From positions 15,438,001 to 15,502,000 of the forward strand of contig JBHGNT010000006.1 in the NCBI GenBank assembly GCA_043228905.1: a DNA stretch of 64,000 nucleotides, given 5' to 3'. The translations under genes were made by a program, and so were the position numbers. The notes beneath the pieces are model-generated. The model searched no databases. It saw only the letters and a list, made by a program, of their open reading frames with translations, and had not been told where the DNA came from. This document shows positions 25,876 to 37,500 of this stretch, in pieces. The first letter of the stretch is position 1, and the number at the start of each line of letters is the position of its first letter. This DNA is from Azolla caroliniana (taxonomy: Eukaryota > Plantae > Polypodiophyta).

Positions 25876-27009
25876 TTATAAATTACCATTGGCAATGTCT
25901 ACAAATCTCCTATAAACAGCTAAGCTCTTGCTAGTCAGTGGAACGAGTCTACATATATTATCCGCATATTGAGCTCGGTATGGAGTCCACAACCATGCAC
26001 CTAGTTGGCAGCTCACTGTTTGCACCAGGTACTGTTCAGGCATTTCCTCGGGTAGAATGAGACAGCATCTCCGAATATTGAAGTAGTGTCGGAAATGTTC
26101 TGTATCCAAAATCAATGTATTGTCAGCATTATATTCAGGCCAAGTAGCCCAAAAATCAGAAAGCCTCTTGAATCTTGCAGCTTCCATCTGCTCACAATTT
26201 TCTCGTGCCCATTGACCTTTAAAACGACTTCGCCATTTTGGGAAGAATCTTGCCAAACACTTCCACACATCTGATTTTGGTTTTTCACTCCAAATAAACA
26301 AATCGAAGTGCTCCGCAGCCCACTCTAGAAACTGATTTGCGTCCCTCCTTGGCTGCATATATCTCACACTCATCAAGACTTTATCCAGCTCCAAGATCAA
26401 GGCTCTTCGCTCGACTTCTAGTGGTTTAGGTTTCCATTCCTGAAACTGAGCCGCTGTTACACCATTTTCTGGTAGGATACGATCAATCTCAATCAGCTCA
26501 GGTTTGGCTGACACAACTGGTGTCCTTTTCCTCTTTAAACCCCTAGTTGACTGTGTTGGGCCTAGCTTCACATTCTGGTGCTCTTGTTTTGTCGACTTAG
26601 TTATCAATCCTTGGATTACCTCAGTGCATGTAGCTACTGTTCTGCTCGATATCAATCCACTGGTATCACATGCTGCATCTACCTGCAACACCAAGTCATC
26701 CGTGCTACATGCTGCATCTACCTGCAACACCAAGTCATCCGTGCTACATGCTGCATCTACCTGCAACACCAAGTCATCCGTGCTACATGCTTGATCAACT
26801 TGTGTGACCAGATCACTTGTGTCAGTTGCTACATCTACTTTCAAGATGGGGCCCTTTAAACATGCCGCAACATCAACAGTATCCACACTGCCATTGGCCT
26901 TACGAGCAATAGAATCAAACCCTTTAGACTCTGCAACATCAGAAAACACCAACATATTCACACTCACAAAGTAACTACTAGTCTCACAAAACAATATCCT
27001 GAACATCAA
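25876..27009 (-). CDS. Cargo ORF with C-terminal FCP1/NIF-like (HAD-fold) phosphatase domain, catalytic motifs degenerate; true 5' end uncertain
   Basis: RALILELDKVL..RRDANQFLEWAAEHFDLFIWS..WARENC..FKRLSDFW...YNADNTLILDTE; 13-aa repeats DAACSTDDLVLQV; NLS-like LKRKR; possible acceptor GTTGCAG| near 26930. Confidence 0.7.
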   Translation of the reverse strand: MMFRILFCETSSYFVSVNMLVFSDVAESKGFDSIARKANGSVDTVDVAACLKGPILKVDVATDTSDLVTQVDQACSTDDLVLQVDAACSTDDLVLQVDAACSTDDLVLQVDAACDTSGLISSRTVATCTEVIQGLITKSTKQEHQNVKLGPTQSTRGLKRKRTPVVSAKPELIEIDRILPENGVTAAQFQEWKPKPLEVERRALILELDKVLMSVRYMQPRRDANQFLEWAAEHFDLFIWSEKPKSDVWKCLARFFPKWRSRFKGQWARENCEQMEAARFKRLSDFWATWPEYNADNTLILDTEHFRHYFNIRRCCLILPEEMPEQYLVQTVSCQLGAWLWTPYRAQYADNICRLVPLTSKSLAVYRRFVDIANGNL

Positions 27010-27179
27010 AGAGTTTCAGTCATAGAACAACACTCTTCAAATTATCTTGGAAAAACATCATAGAGTTCCATTACATAATGTGGATCAAGCAACAACCAAT
27101 CTGAGGTTTTACTTGTCCAACAGGATAGTAAAACTTCATAAAACCCTAGCAAAATCCCTAAGCTAACAATCATATCCAA

Positions 27180-30100
27180 CTAAACAGTATTTCGCTCCAC
27201 TACGTCTGGGCCCCTTGACCGAGTAACTGGTCTTGTTCCCGATCGTGGCCCCTTCTTCAGCCTTTTTCTGGTTGGTTCCCCATTTAGCCTTGCTTCTAGG
27301 ACCCAATGCGCAAGTGTGTCCTCCTCCGACAACCTTCCCATCGCCTCAGCAGCTAATTGCACATCAGCCGTTTCTTGAACTAGCTTTTCAAGTACAGAGG
27401 GATCTGTTTGGACATTTTCAGTAGTTGGGCTCGGTGGGGTGGAATCAAGGTCTTGAGACTCGAAGAAATGTTGCATCAAGTGTTCATAAACACTGTTGTT
27501 GTGAACCTCAGTTTTACATGTTGTTTCCACTATTTCATGGCATTTCACATCGTTGCCTAATTTAGTACAATGTTCCAAAAGAATAGGGTGCAGCTGATCT
27601 GAAGGAGATGTGATAGCAGGACTCTTACTTTCAGCCACATTGGCAGTAGTATCCTCATCTGTTGCAGCATCATCAGCACCAGACACATCATGTGCCGTCC
27701 TTAATCCACAAGATTCTACAATAACATGACAGTTATTTAGGATAGCTAATTAGCTACTTTACTAAACTATGGTAGAAGCTAGGATAGCTAATTAGCTAGT
27801 ACGATAGCTAATTAGCTAGTATGATAGCTAATTAGGTACTTTACTCAACTATGGTAGTAGTTAGGATAGCTAATTAGGTACTTTACTCAACTATGGTAGT
27901 AGTTAGGATAGCTTATTAGCTACTAGGACAGCTAATTAGCTGCCAGTAGCTAATTAGCTACTAGGATAGCTAATTCGCTAGTAGGATAGCTAATTAGTTG
28001 CCAGCAGTAATTAGCTACTAGGATAGCTAATTAGTTGCCAGTAGCTAATTAGCTAGTAGGATAGCTAATTAGGTACTTTACTCAACTATGGTAGTAGCTA
28101 ATTAGCTAGTAGGATAGCTAATTAGCTACTTTACTCAACTATGGTAGTAGCTAATTAGCTAGTAGGATAGCTAATTAGCTACTAGGATAGCTAATTAGCT
28201 GCTAGTAGCTTATTAGCTACTAGGATAGCTTATTAGCTACTTTACACAACTATGGCAGTAGCTAATTAGTTACTAGGATAGCTAATTAGTTGCCAGTGGC
28301 TAATTAGCTACTAGGATAGCTAATTAGCTACTAGGATAGCTAATTAGTTGCCAGTAGCTAATTAGCTAGTAGGATAGCGAATTAGGTACTTTACTCAACT
28401 ATGGTAGTAGCTAATTAGCTAGTAGGATAGCTAATTAGCTACTTTACACAACTATAGTACTAGCTAATTAGCTAGTACCATAGCTAATTACCTACTAGGA
28501 TAGCTAATTAGCTAGTAGGATAGCTTATTAGCTACTTTACACAACTATAGTAGTAGCTAGGATAGCTAATTAGCTACTATGGTAGCTAATTAGCTACTTT
28601 ACTCAACTATGGTAGTAGCTAGGATAGCTAATTAGCTACTTTACTAACTATGGTAGTAGCTAGGATAGCTAATTAGCTACTTTATTAACTATGGTGGTAG
28701 CTAGGATAGCTAATTAGCTACAATGAAAGCTAATTAGCTACTTTCTCAACTATGTAGTAGCTAGGATAGCTTATTAGCTACTAGGACAGCTAATTAGCTG
28801 CCAGTAGCTAATTAGCTAGTAGGATAGCTTATTAGCTACTTTACACAACTATAGTAGTAGCTAGGATAGCTAATTAGCTACTATGGTAGCTAATTAGCTA
28901 CTTTACTCAACTATGGTAGTAGCTAGGATAGCTAATTAGCTACTTTACTAACTATGGTAGTAGCTAGGATAGCTAATTAGCTACTTTATTAACTATGGTG
29001 GTAGCTAGGATAGCTAATTAGCTACAATGAAAGCTAATTAGCTACTTTCTCAACTATGTAGTAGCTAGGATAGCTTATTAGCTACTAGGACAGCTAATTA
29101 GCTGCCAGTAGCTAATTAGCTACTAGGATAGCTAATTAGCTGCCAGTAGCTAATTAGCTACTAGGATAGCTTATTAGGTACTTTACACAACTATGTCAGT
29201 AGCTAATTAGCTAGTAGGATAGCTAATTAGCTTTTTTACACAACTATGGTACTAGCTAATTAGCTAGTACCATAGCTAACTAGCTACTAGGATAGCTTAT
29301 TAGCTACTTTACACAAGTATGTCAGTAGCTAATTAGCTACTATGATAGCTAATTAGCTAGTAGGATAGCTAATTAGCTAGTAGGATAGCTAATTAGCTAG
29401 TAGGATAGCTAATTAGTTGCCAGTAGCTAATTAGCTAGTAGGATAGCTAATTAGCTTTTTTACACAACTATGGTACTAGCTAATTAGCTAGTACCATAGC
29501 TAACTAGCTACTAGGATAGCTTATTAGCTACTTTACACAACTATGGCAGTAGCTAATTAGTTACTAGGATAGCTAATTAGTTGCCAGTGGCTAATTAGCT
29601 AGTAGGATAGCTATTTAGCTTTTTTACACAACTATGGTACTAGCTAATTAGCTAGTACCATAGCTAATTAGCTACTAGGATAGCTAATTAGCTAGTAGCT
29701 CATTAGCTGCCAGTAGCTAATTAGCTAGTAGGATAGCTAATTAGAAAAGACTAAGCTTATTAGCTACAGTATGGTATACCTGTTTGTTTTCTCCACTCAT
29801 TTGGTAGAGTTGTACTGCAATCTCCCAAACAGAATGCAGCAATTCGACAGGCATGTTGAAAACAAAGCAGATGGTATGTGTGGTTGCATGGTTGTAGGTG
29901 AACCAACAAAGACATAGTTTTGTCCTCCACACCTAACCCGCAAGCGATGCAACGTGCTTGAACTGTCAATAAATCATTTTCTGGTTCTACTTCATTTGGT
30001 AAGGGAGCAAGAATGTTCAGGTCCAAATCCTGTCTGGTCCTTACCATTCCCTCCACAAAATGTAGCTTCTTCTTAAGGCAGCTAACTACCTGTTCTTGAT

Positions 30101-31634
30101 GAATGTATTGTTCCTTCAACGCAACAGAGAAATTTACCGATTAATTATTCTTGTTGTTGAAAGATACACCAACTTTGCTCAGGAATCGTTAACTTACTTG
30201 AAGCTTATCCAAATTGTAATCTGCAACAGTATTTACACCTAGAAGGTCCAGGTTCATTGAAAGAACCTGGATCTCTATTTGCAGTTCTATTTTACGCTGG
30301 GGATCCAGTGGCCCCTCTAATTCAAGCTCCTGTTGCGCAACCTATTCCAGATAATGCTTGATTAGCACATTTTACCCGTTATTTATAACACAATCACATA
30401 CCAGCAAAACAATAGTTACCTGAATCTTATTTCTAATTGTTGTAACAGCAGAAGTAACTTTGCTCTCCATTGCAGAAGCCATTGTGGCTTTCTCTAAATC
30501 AGTCTTAAAAAATGCCAATGTCTCACAGGCTTCATGGACATTTTTTAGCATATAGCTAACCAATGTCTCACCTGTATCATCGACATTGGCTTTCCTTGGG
30601 TGTCGGTGTGGTGTATGCCCCCGGTCTTGCTGGGAGTCGGCAGTTGCATCAACAGCTGCCATGCTCCAAAATCTGTCTATTTTTTGTGCCAAGGTCCCCA
30701 TCTTTCGGCATCTTTTTACCGATGCCTCACCATAGACTGCCCAAGCTACCCTATACATTTCAGGGTCTCTAGATTCCTTCGCTGTTTTGCAGTACTCATA
30801 TGCAAATGCTCTAGCAAATGAAACTGACAACTCATTGTTGACTGGGATCTCCTGATGAACTTTCTGGTGCAGTCTCATGCAGTCATCGTACAAGTCGGCT
30901 CGTACATGCTTCAGCTTGACCTTGCCTTTGACTCTAGGCACTGTATATACTGTCATCCAGTCTATATCACTGATCAATTTATCACTTAGGACAGCAGGGT
31001 CAACACCCTCGAGTGACAGACCATAGGTGTTGTGGAAGTCCTCCTTTGTCTCGCAAAATTTTGCGAAGTTTAGCACTCTCGTATACGGAGGAACGAGCCA
31101 TCTGAAATATCATTTCAGAAATCAGAAATAGTGCAAAATCAGAATATGTGAGAATCAAAAACCCCAATCAACAACAACAAAAATGGTGCAAAATCTTTAA
31201 CTTAACCTAATCAAAATCTGTAATCAGAAGTTTGAAATTAGAAACCCTAATCAAAATCTGTAATCAGAAGTTTGTAACCAGAAACCTTATTCAGAAATTC
31301 TAATCAGAAATTTATAATAAAAAACCCTAATCAGAAATTTCAATCAGAAACCCTAATAAAAAATTTCAATCACAAACCCTAATCAGAAATCCTAAGCAGA
31401 AATTTATAAACAAAAACCCTATTCAGAAATTCTAATTTGTAATCAAAATTTGTAAACAGAAACCCTATTCAGAAATTCTAATCAGAAATTTATAATCAAA
31501 AACCCTAATCAGAAATTTCAATCACAAACCCTAATCAGAAATTTCAATCACAAACCCTAATCACTAAAGACAGGATTAAACACAAAAAAAGTAATATAAA
31601 CACACCTGTTGCTACTCCCCGATTTGCGAGACAT
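27180..31634 (-). CDS. Cargo gene, 5 exons (31634-31606, 31101-30420, 30341-30198, 30113-29780, 27715-27180), about 574 aa: unknown N-domain, coiled coil, RING-H2-like finger, acidic tail
   Basis: All four introns GT..AG with matching phases (2,0,0,1) and no internal stop; CIACG..HLQPCNHTYHLLC..FCLGDC; basic C-terminal PTRKRLKK. Confidence 0.75.
27738..29765. repeat. Second TAGCTAATTAGCTA minisatellite, filling intron 4 of the RING cargo gene
   Basis: Dozens of palindrome copies with spacers GTAGGA/CTAGGA/CTTTACTCAACTATGGTAG; higher-order duplications. Confidence 0.95.
31195..31565. repeat. Telo-box-containing tandem repeat (AAACCCTAATCAGAAATT) in intron 1 of the RING cargo gene
   Basis: About 10 AAACCCTA(A/T)-type units. 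Confidence 0.85.
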
Positions 31635-33055
31635 CCTTGTATGGGACTCCAAGGACTTCGCCCTATTCGATTTTGGGGAAATATGAATCGGCACCAAAGT
31701 TCAGACAGTAGTCAAAAAGAAAAAACAAATGTTTGGGGTTTCTGTAACTGAAACATACCTGGACGATGATCGAGCGGGTTCTGTGTTGTAGCTCTCAATC
31801 TGCAATGTCGATTTTTTGCTGTTGCGGGAGCTACGTCTGCGTTCGTGCTCTGAGTACTCCATCTGCGTTCAAAATCAGACTTAGGCTAAACAGGAAATTG
31901 ATGACATTGAAGTCGACCTTAGATGATGGTGATATTCCCCAAGTTCCACTACGTCTGAAACAGAAGTTCAAATATTTGAGTTTTTTCATAAATTAGTTTT
32001 TCAAATATTTGATTTTCCCACAAGAAAGACTAGCTAAACAAATAGCTAATTAGCTATGGCCATTTTAGTAGCTAATTAGCTATAATAGTGTTTCCACTCG
32101 CATGCTTTTACCCCTCTCTCTTTCAATCTAGCTTAAGTACTTTCTCGCTAAAGCTTGTGCCAACTTCAAGTCCTTCCGGTCCAGAACCCCGGCGGTTCCG
32201 CCTTATGATCCGCGCGTAGTGACGGATCTTCACGACAGCGTCCTCGAGTCATCATCAATCTTCTTTTTGTGTAGGATGCGTTGTTAGGCATCTTTACTTC
32301 TTTAGATGGTCTTGATTCTTCTCCACTTGACCTTACCAACTCAATATCATCAAGCCATTGACGATGCTTGTCTAGCTTGTTGCATGCTCTCTTCACCGCA
32401 GCCCAGTCTGCCACAAGCCCGTTCACTTGGGTATCATCTTCGAGAAGAGTTCCCAATTCTCTCGTCTATCCTTCATATCCATAGCTTTCAAGAAGTACAA
32501 AGTCTTGTCCTCCTCAAGCAGCACTTGGTCCATATTGAGGAAACGACTAAACATTTGGTCAAACTCATCGTACACCCTTGAAGCGCTCATCCTCTTATTA
32601 TTCTTTTCTATCCAATTCATCAAAGCATGTCAAGCCATCCTCGACAAATCTTCCACCGCGAACTCCGATAGTATCGCTTTCTCGAACCCGGACCATGTTG
32701 TCTTCCCTTCTTGAAGCTCGACGATGCGCCTTTGGATGTTGTTGGCAACAACTCTCTTCAAGCTTGCGATTTGACGTGCTTCGGACACGTCCCTTTGATT
32801 CATCTCCCTTTTGTATGCATCAAGGAACTTCGTAATGTTCCTTCCATCAAATTGACCCTCGAGCTCTACGACACGGTCGACGACCTTCTCCATGCTCACA
32901 TCGTTGTCTCGAGATCTCATCATTTGTTCGACAATTAGCATCATCCTTTCGAACTCTCCTGCTTGACTACTTGAGGATGCCATCTCCAAGTATCGGTTAA
33001 TCCTCGACTTGATCCTTCCTACCGCCTTGCTCATGTCGGGTTCACCACTTAATTA

Positions 33056-33850
33056 TCTCGTGAAGATCCGGCACTACATGTAGATGGTGAGGCGGAACCA
33101 CCGGGGTCCTGGACCGGAAGGATTCGAAGTTTGCACTAACTTTAGCAAGAAAGTATTTAAGATAGATTGAGAGAGATTGATATGACGAAAGAGAGATATT
33201 GAGATAAAGATTGAACTTTAAACTTTTAGATTTAAGAGAGAAGATAGATCAACAATAGTATTACAAGTTTCTTATTTTTCCAAAATTTTTCATTAGTTCC
33301 TTCTTGCTTGATTCCTCCACTCTTTTATAGATGCCCCCATGCATATGGTGCATGTGAGGGTGCAAGACATGCACGTAATGCATGTTTGCCATATCATCAT
33401 CTAAGCTCTCATGTATGAGAATTTACATGTAAAATGATCAAAGTAAAACTTTCGAAGATATGACTTGGCTTAGTGGTAAGCCTATTGATTTTCAACTTAG
33501 AGGTGCAAGGTTCAAGCCTTGTTCATATCCCTTTTAAAACACAAAATACTACTAGACTTTTGGTCTTGTATTCACACCAAAAATCTTCAAAACACCATGC
33601 ACTGCGATCAACTGATTGATCTGTCTGTCCCGACCGGTTCAATCTGATCCCGATCCGATCCTGTCCATTGCCATCCAGTCCCGGTCTCGATCGCCGGTTG
33701 CCGTCTCATCGGATCCGGTCGGCCAAAACCATTACAACAAGTAGTTAGGTCACACAGAATCATCCGGTTAGTTTAGCTCAAGTCACCTTGAACCTTCTAT
33801 GATCCAATCATAGACATAAAGTAATAGATTTTGGCCCTGCTTATATACAT
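33056..33850 (-). repeat. 5' LTR of A0 (truncated)
   Basis: T(C)TCGTGAAGATCCG terminus next to spacer and PBS; similar to 8540-10165 and the A1 LTRs. Confidence 0.8.
33464..33536 (+). promoter_or_regulatory. tRNA-like A-box/B-box module in the A0 LTR (antisense to the element)
   Basis: TGGCTTAGTGGTAAGCC...AGGTGCAAGGTTCAAGCC...CTTTT. Confidence 0.65.
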
Positions 33851-34582
33851 ACTTAACAACCTTGATTCTGACCCATGTTTCTATACTAGGCAACTTGTCG
33901 ACAAGCCCCGGATCTATCTGATCCTATATGCCGATGACATGTTGATTGCAAGGAGCAATCAAACCGAAATCAGAAAGCTAAAGAGGAGCCTTCATGAAAA
34001 TTTCGCGATGAAGGAACTTGGACAAGCTCAACACATATTGGGCATGAGGATCAAGTGAAATCGGACAACAAAAACTCTTCGACTCTCCCAGTTCAACTAC
34101 ATCTGCAAAGTGTTGAAGCGCTTCAACATGGGGAACGTGAAGCTAGCAACAACATTGCTTCCGACGTCAATTCAACTATCTGATAGAGATTCTCGTTTGA
34201 CTGATAAGGAGAGAGAGCTCAATGGAAAGATACCCTATGCATCGGCAGTAGGAAGTATCATGCACGCGATGGTGGCAACTCGACTTGACCTTGCATATAC
34301 CATAGGGGTCGTCAGCCGGTACATGTCAAACCCAAGACGGAAGCATTGGAGGCTGTCAAGCACATCTTCAAGTACCTAAGAGGGACCGAAGATGCACAAC
34401 TGCTTTCGGATTGGCAAAACCGACCGGAGTCGAAGGTTACACTAACTCTGATTACGCCAGGAATTTAGACAATTGGAAGTTGACATCAAACTACATTTTC
34501 ACCTATGATGGCGGTGCTATATCATGGAGGTCGAAGCTCCAAGAGTATACGACTCTGTCTACCATAGAAGCTGAGTACATAG
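33851..34582 (+). mobile_element. Copia B, part 2 (RT to RNase H start)
   Basis: LILYADDMLI..FAMKELG; IPYASAVGSIMHAMVATR; LSTIEAEYI. Confidence 0.85.
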
Positions 34583-37500
34583 TGTGAAAGTGTTTTTAGA
34601 ATTCAAGTTATTGAACACTACAAGAATATAAGGTTGGACCATTCACATATAGAGTTCAAGAACAGGAACCAAGGTCTTGAGGATAAGTCAAACTAAAAGC
34701 AAGAAACATGGAGAAAAGTAAAAGAAAAAAAAACGGGCCACCAAAACACAATTTGAAACAAACGATCATAACTCTTTCGTTTGAAACCCAAATATAATGT
34801 GCAAATATGTGTTAGAAGGCTCGTGAAGTCAGCTATCTTTAGAACTTTTGAGCTCTAAATTTAGAGATCGGATAATAGAGATATGACGATTAGAAGGCCA
34901 TTGTGTCATAGGTAAAAATAGGAGATAAACAACTTCTAAAAAAAGGGTGAAAAAGAGAGGAAGGAGGAAGAATAAGAAGATATAAGAAGTGAGAAGGGGA
35001 AGTTAGAAGATATAGACGAAGTGATACCTTTGTAATAAGGGGAGGAGAGTAAGGTTGGGGGTTTTGTTCTGAGTCTACTTCTGGTGGTGTTTTCTTTCCC
35101 ATTCATGTAGTGTGATCATTCATTATCAATAGATCTTTGTTGTTTTGGATATATATATATTCTTTATTGAGTCTTCTTTCTATCATCACTCTTTCATATT
35201 GGCGCTCCAGGGAGGGCCGATCTTCTCCGCATCTTGGGAAGATTGATGGTGGCGTAGTATTACGTGGATATGGCTTTTCAATTTGCCTTTGTAGGTGATG
35301 GCATTCAGGATGCATGAGCTTTTTTGGCATCCTTCGATCATCACGCGATTTCAATTGGGAAGGTAAATGACATAGAGAGACTTCCCTTGTTGGTGGCAAC
35401 TTTTTACTCAAGGGCTCGAGAGTGGTATGAGTCACTACCTCCCAACCAACAAACCAACTACCAATTGCTCGTTCAACAATTTTGAAGCAGGTTCATTCAT
35501 AATGCAAATGGGCGTGCGAGAGCAACTGTTTGCATTGCGTATGTCAACAACGATGGATTACTCTGAGTAAGAAAGGGTGTTCAAAGAGCTTTGGTCAACA
35601 TGGATCCGTCTATGAGGAGGTGTGGAGGATGAGTGGTTCAAGATGGATCGTTTCAAGGCGGGCTTGAATCTTTACTTTGCAATGGAGGCGAATTTGAAGG
35701 ACCCAACCAATTTTCAAACTCTTCTACAAGTATGTCAAATTTACGATAGACAACTAAAAGTGATGCGGATGGGAGTCGACACAACGATGACGATAGCTAG
35801 TGCGAATGTGGTGCCGATTCTAAACGCTCCACATCCATCCTCTATTGTACATGGAGGACAGGTTTTTCCGAACATATATAATTCCACTTTAACTAACTAA
35901 GCTAGTATACCAATGATGCGAGATGCAGATAATCCAAGAACTGATGGAAGTTTCCCCGAGAAACTAAATTGAAGCCTTGATGAGCTAACGAATCAATTCC
36001 ACCAAATACAAGCAAGTTTCAACACCAATCAAGTTTGAGAGGTGCCATAAGAAAAACGTGTCTTGGTTTGTTATTCTTGTGGTGTTGAAGGTCATATTGC
36101 TACACAGTGTCCTTCAAGGTGACAAGGAGGTTTAAGACGAGGTATCTATCAAGTTCAAGGAGGTTCAAATTCCCCTAACAACCATGTAGACAACAATAAT
36201 CAAGCTTCTATGGATGGAGGACCATTGCCAATGGCTCAAGTTCCAACAATACCTCCTAATGTAAATCTTCTTGATTTTATGTATGATACTGATGATGATT
36301 GTGATGTTGTTCCAATCAAGAGAACTTGAGCAACCCATAACGGCAAAGAGGTGGAAGAGGAGTCAAGTAACCCTCAAATAAAGAAAAAAGCTAAGGAGTC
36401 TAAGATGGAGAATCCTTCAAAAAGACGTCGTTCAAGGAAAAAGATCAATATGGAGGACATGCCTATGGGGAAAGGAGTGGAGCCTTTCAACCTCAAGCAA
36501 GAGTTGATTACTAATGGACCCCGGATCACTTGGCCACAACTTCTTCAACTCTCTCCAAAAATACGGAAGGAATGGGGACGATTAGCGAGTATACGTCAAA
36601 GTACCAAAATAATGCATTATGCGGGAGTTGTACTAGTGAAGGAACGAAAGGATACTCGACCCGTTATTTCGGTAACCATGAAAGGTCTTTTAATTAAGGA
36701 TGCCTTAGTAAATAGTGGTATTAGAATTGGTCCTTCATCCAATGTCATGGTGAGTAAAATTGGAAATCCTATTTGTCAAAAGTCCTCAAACATGGTTGAG
36801 AAGGGTTTGGTTCCTTGTTTGGGAACTATAGAAGATAAGGTTATTGATTTTTTTGGCATATCCATTTCCATGGATTTACATATAATACTCCTTAAAGGGT
36901 TGTCTAGTTCTTTAGTGTTAGTAAGACCTTGGATGCAAGAATTACATGTAATACAAAATTGGAGTATGATGAAATTATCACCATTGAAGGGGTTTAACAT
37001 CTTTTATGACCTGTATCTACAACAACTAATCAAATATATAAAGGAGAAGGAATCATTTATCGACAATGGCAAGCAAGAAGAGGAAATCATAACAATTGAT
37101 GGATCTTGGTGGGATAGGGAAAACAAATTGTTCCACATGGTGTCTAAAGATAAAGGAGAAGTCATTGAAGGAGGGAAAAAGAAGATGATTCCAAACGATA
37201 TCCAAGGAGAAGAACATCTAAGATTTAATTCTCTTCTTTCTAAGTTTCCAAAGTTACTCATAAATGTCTATTCACATATAAAAGGAGAAGATGTCTATTC
37301 AAGTTGAAGGATATTGTACCAATTTCCCAAATGCGTCAACAATCAAAGGTTGTGTGAAAGGAAGATCTTAAAGCACTGTTACAAGAGAGTTTCATTTATC
37401 ATATGGAGGATTTGAAGTGTGTGTCACCTATTGTTGTGGTTCTAACATAGAAAGACATCAACTTCCAACCCTTGAATGGTTCAACCAAACAAGATCAATT

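Larger units (their letters stand above)
19900..32113 (+). mobile_element. Sola2-type DDD DNA transposon, 12.2 kb, with cargo genes
   Basis: 25-bp TIRs GGGTGAAAGCATGCGAGTGGAAACA / TGTTTCCACTCGCATGCTTTTACCC; apparent 4-bp TSD CTCT ((CT)6 in the intact LTR becomes (CT)4+(CT)4); transposase motifs. Confidence 0.85.
11825..32237 (+). mobile_element. Element A1: Ty3/Gypsy LTR retrotransposon with tRNA-Trp PBS, decayed
   Basis: 5' LTR 11825-12893; PBS 12902-12919; gag with CCHC, PR, RT, INT; PPT GGTTTGGTGGGGGTGGA; 3' LTR 18928-19899 + 32114-32237, split by Sola2. Confidence 0.9.
8540..33850 (-). mobile_element. Element A0: pol-less Gag-fusion LTR retroelement (TR-GAG-like), decayed; carries nested A1, Sola2 and hAT insertions
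   Basis: 5' LTR 33056-~33850 (outer end truncated); tRNA-Trp PBS 33033-33048; gag 33034-32238 rejoins in frame to 11824-10291 (..SRT|EKAT..); PPT 10166-10182; 3' LTR 8540-10165. Confidence 0.8.
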
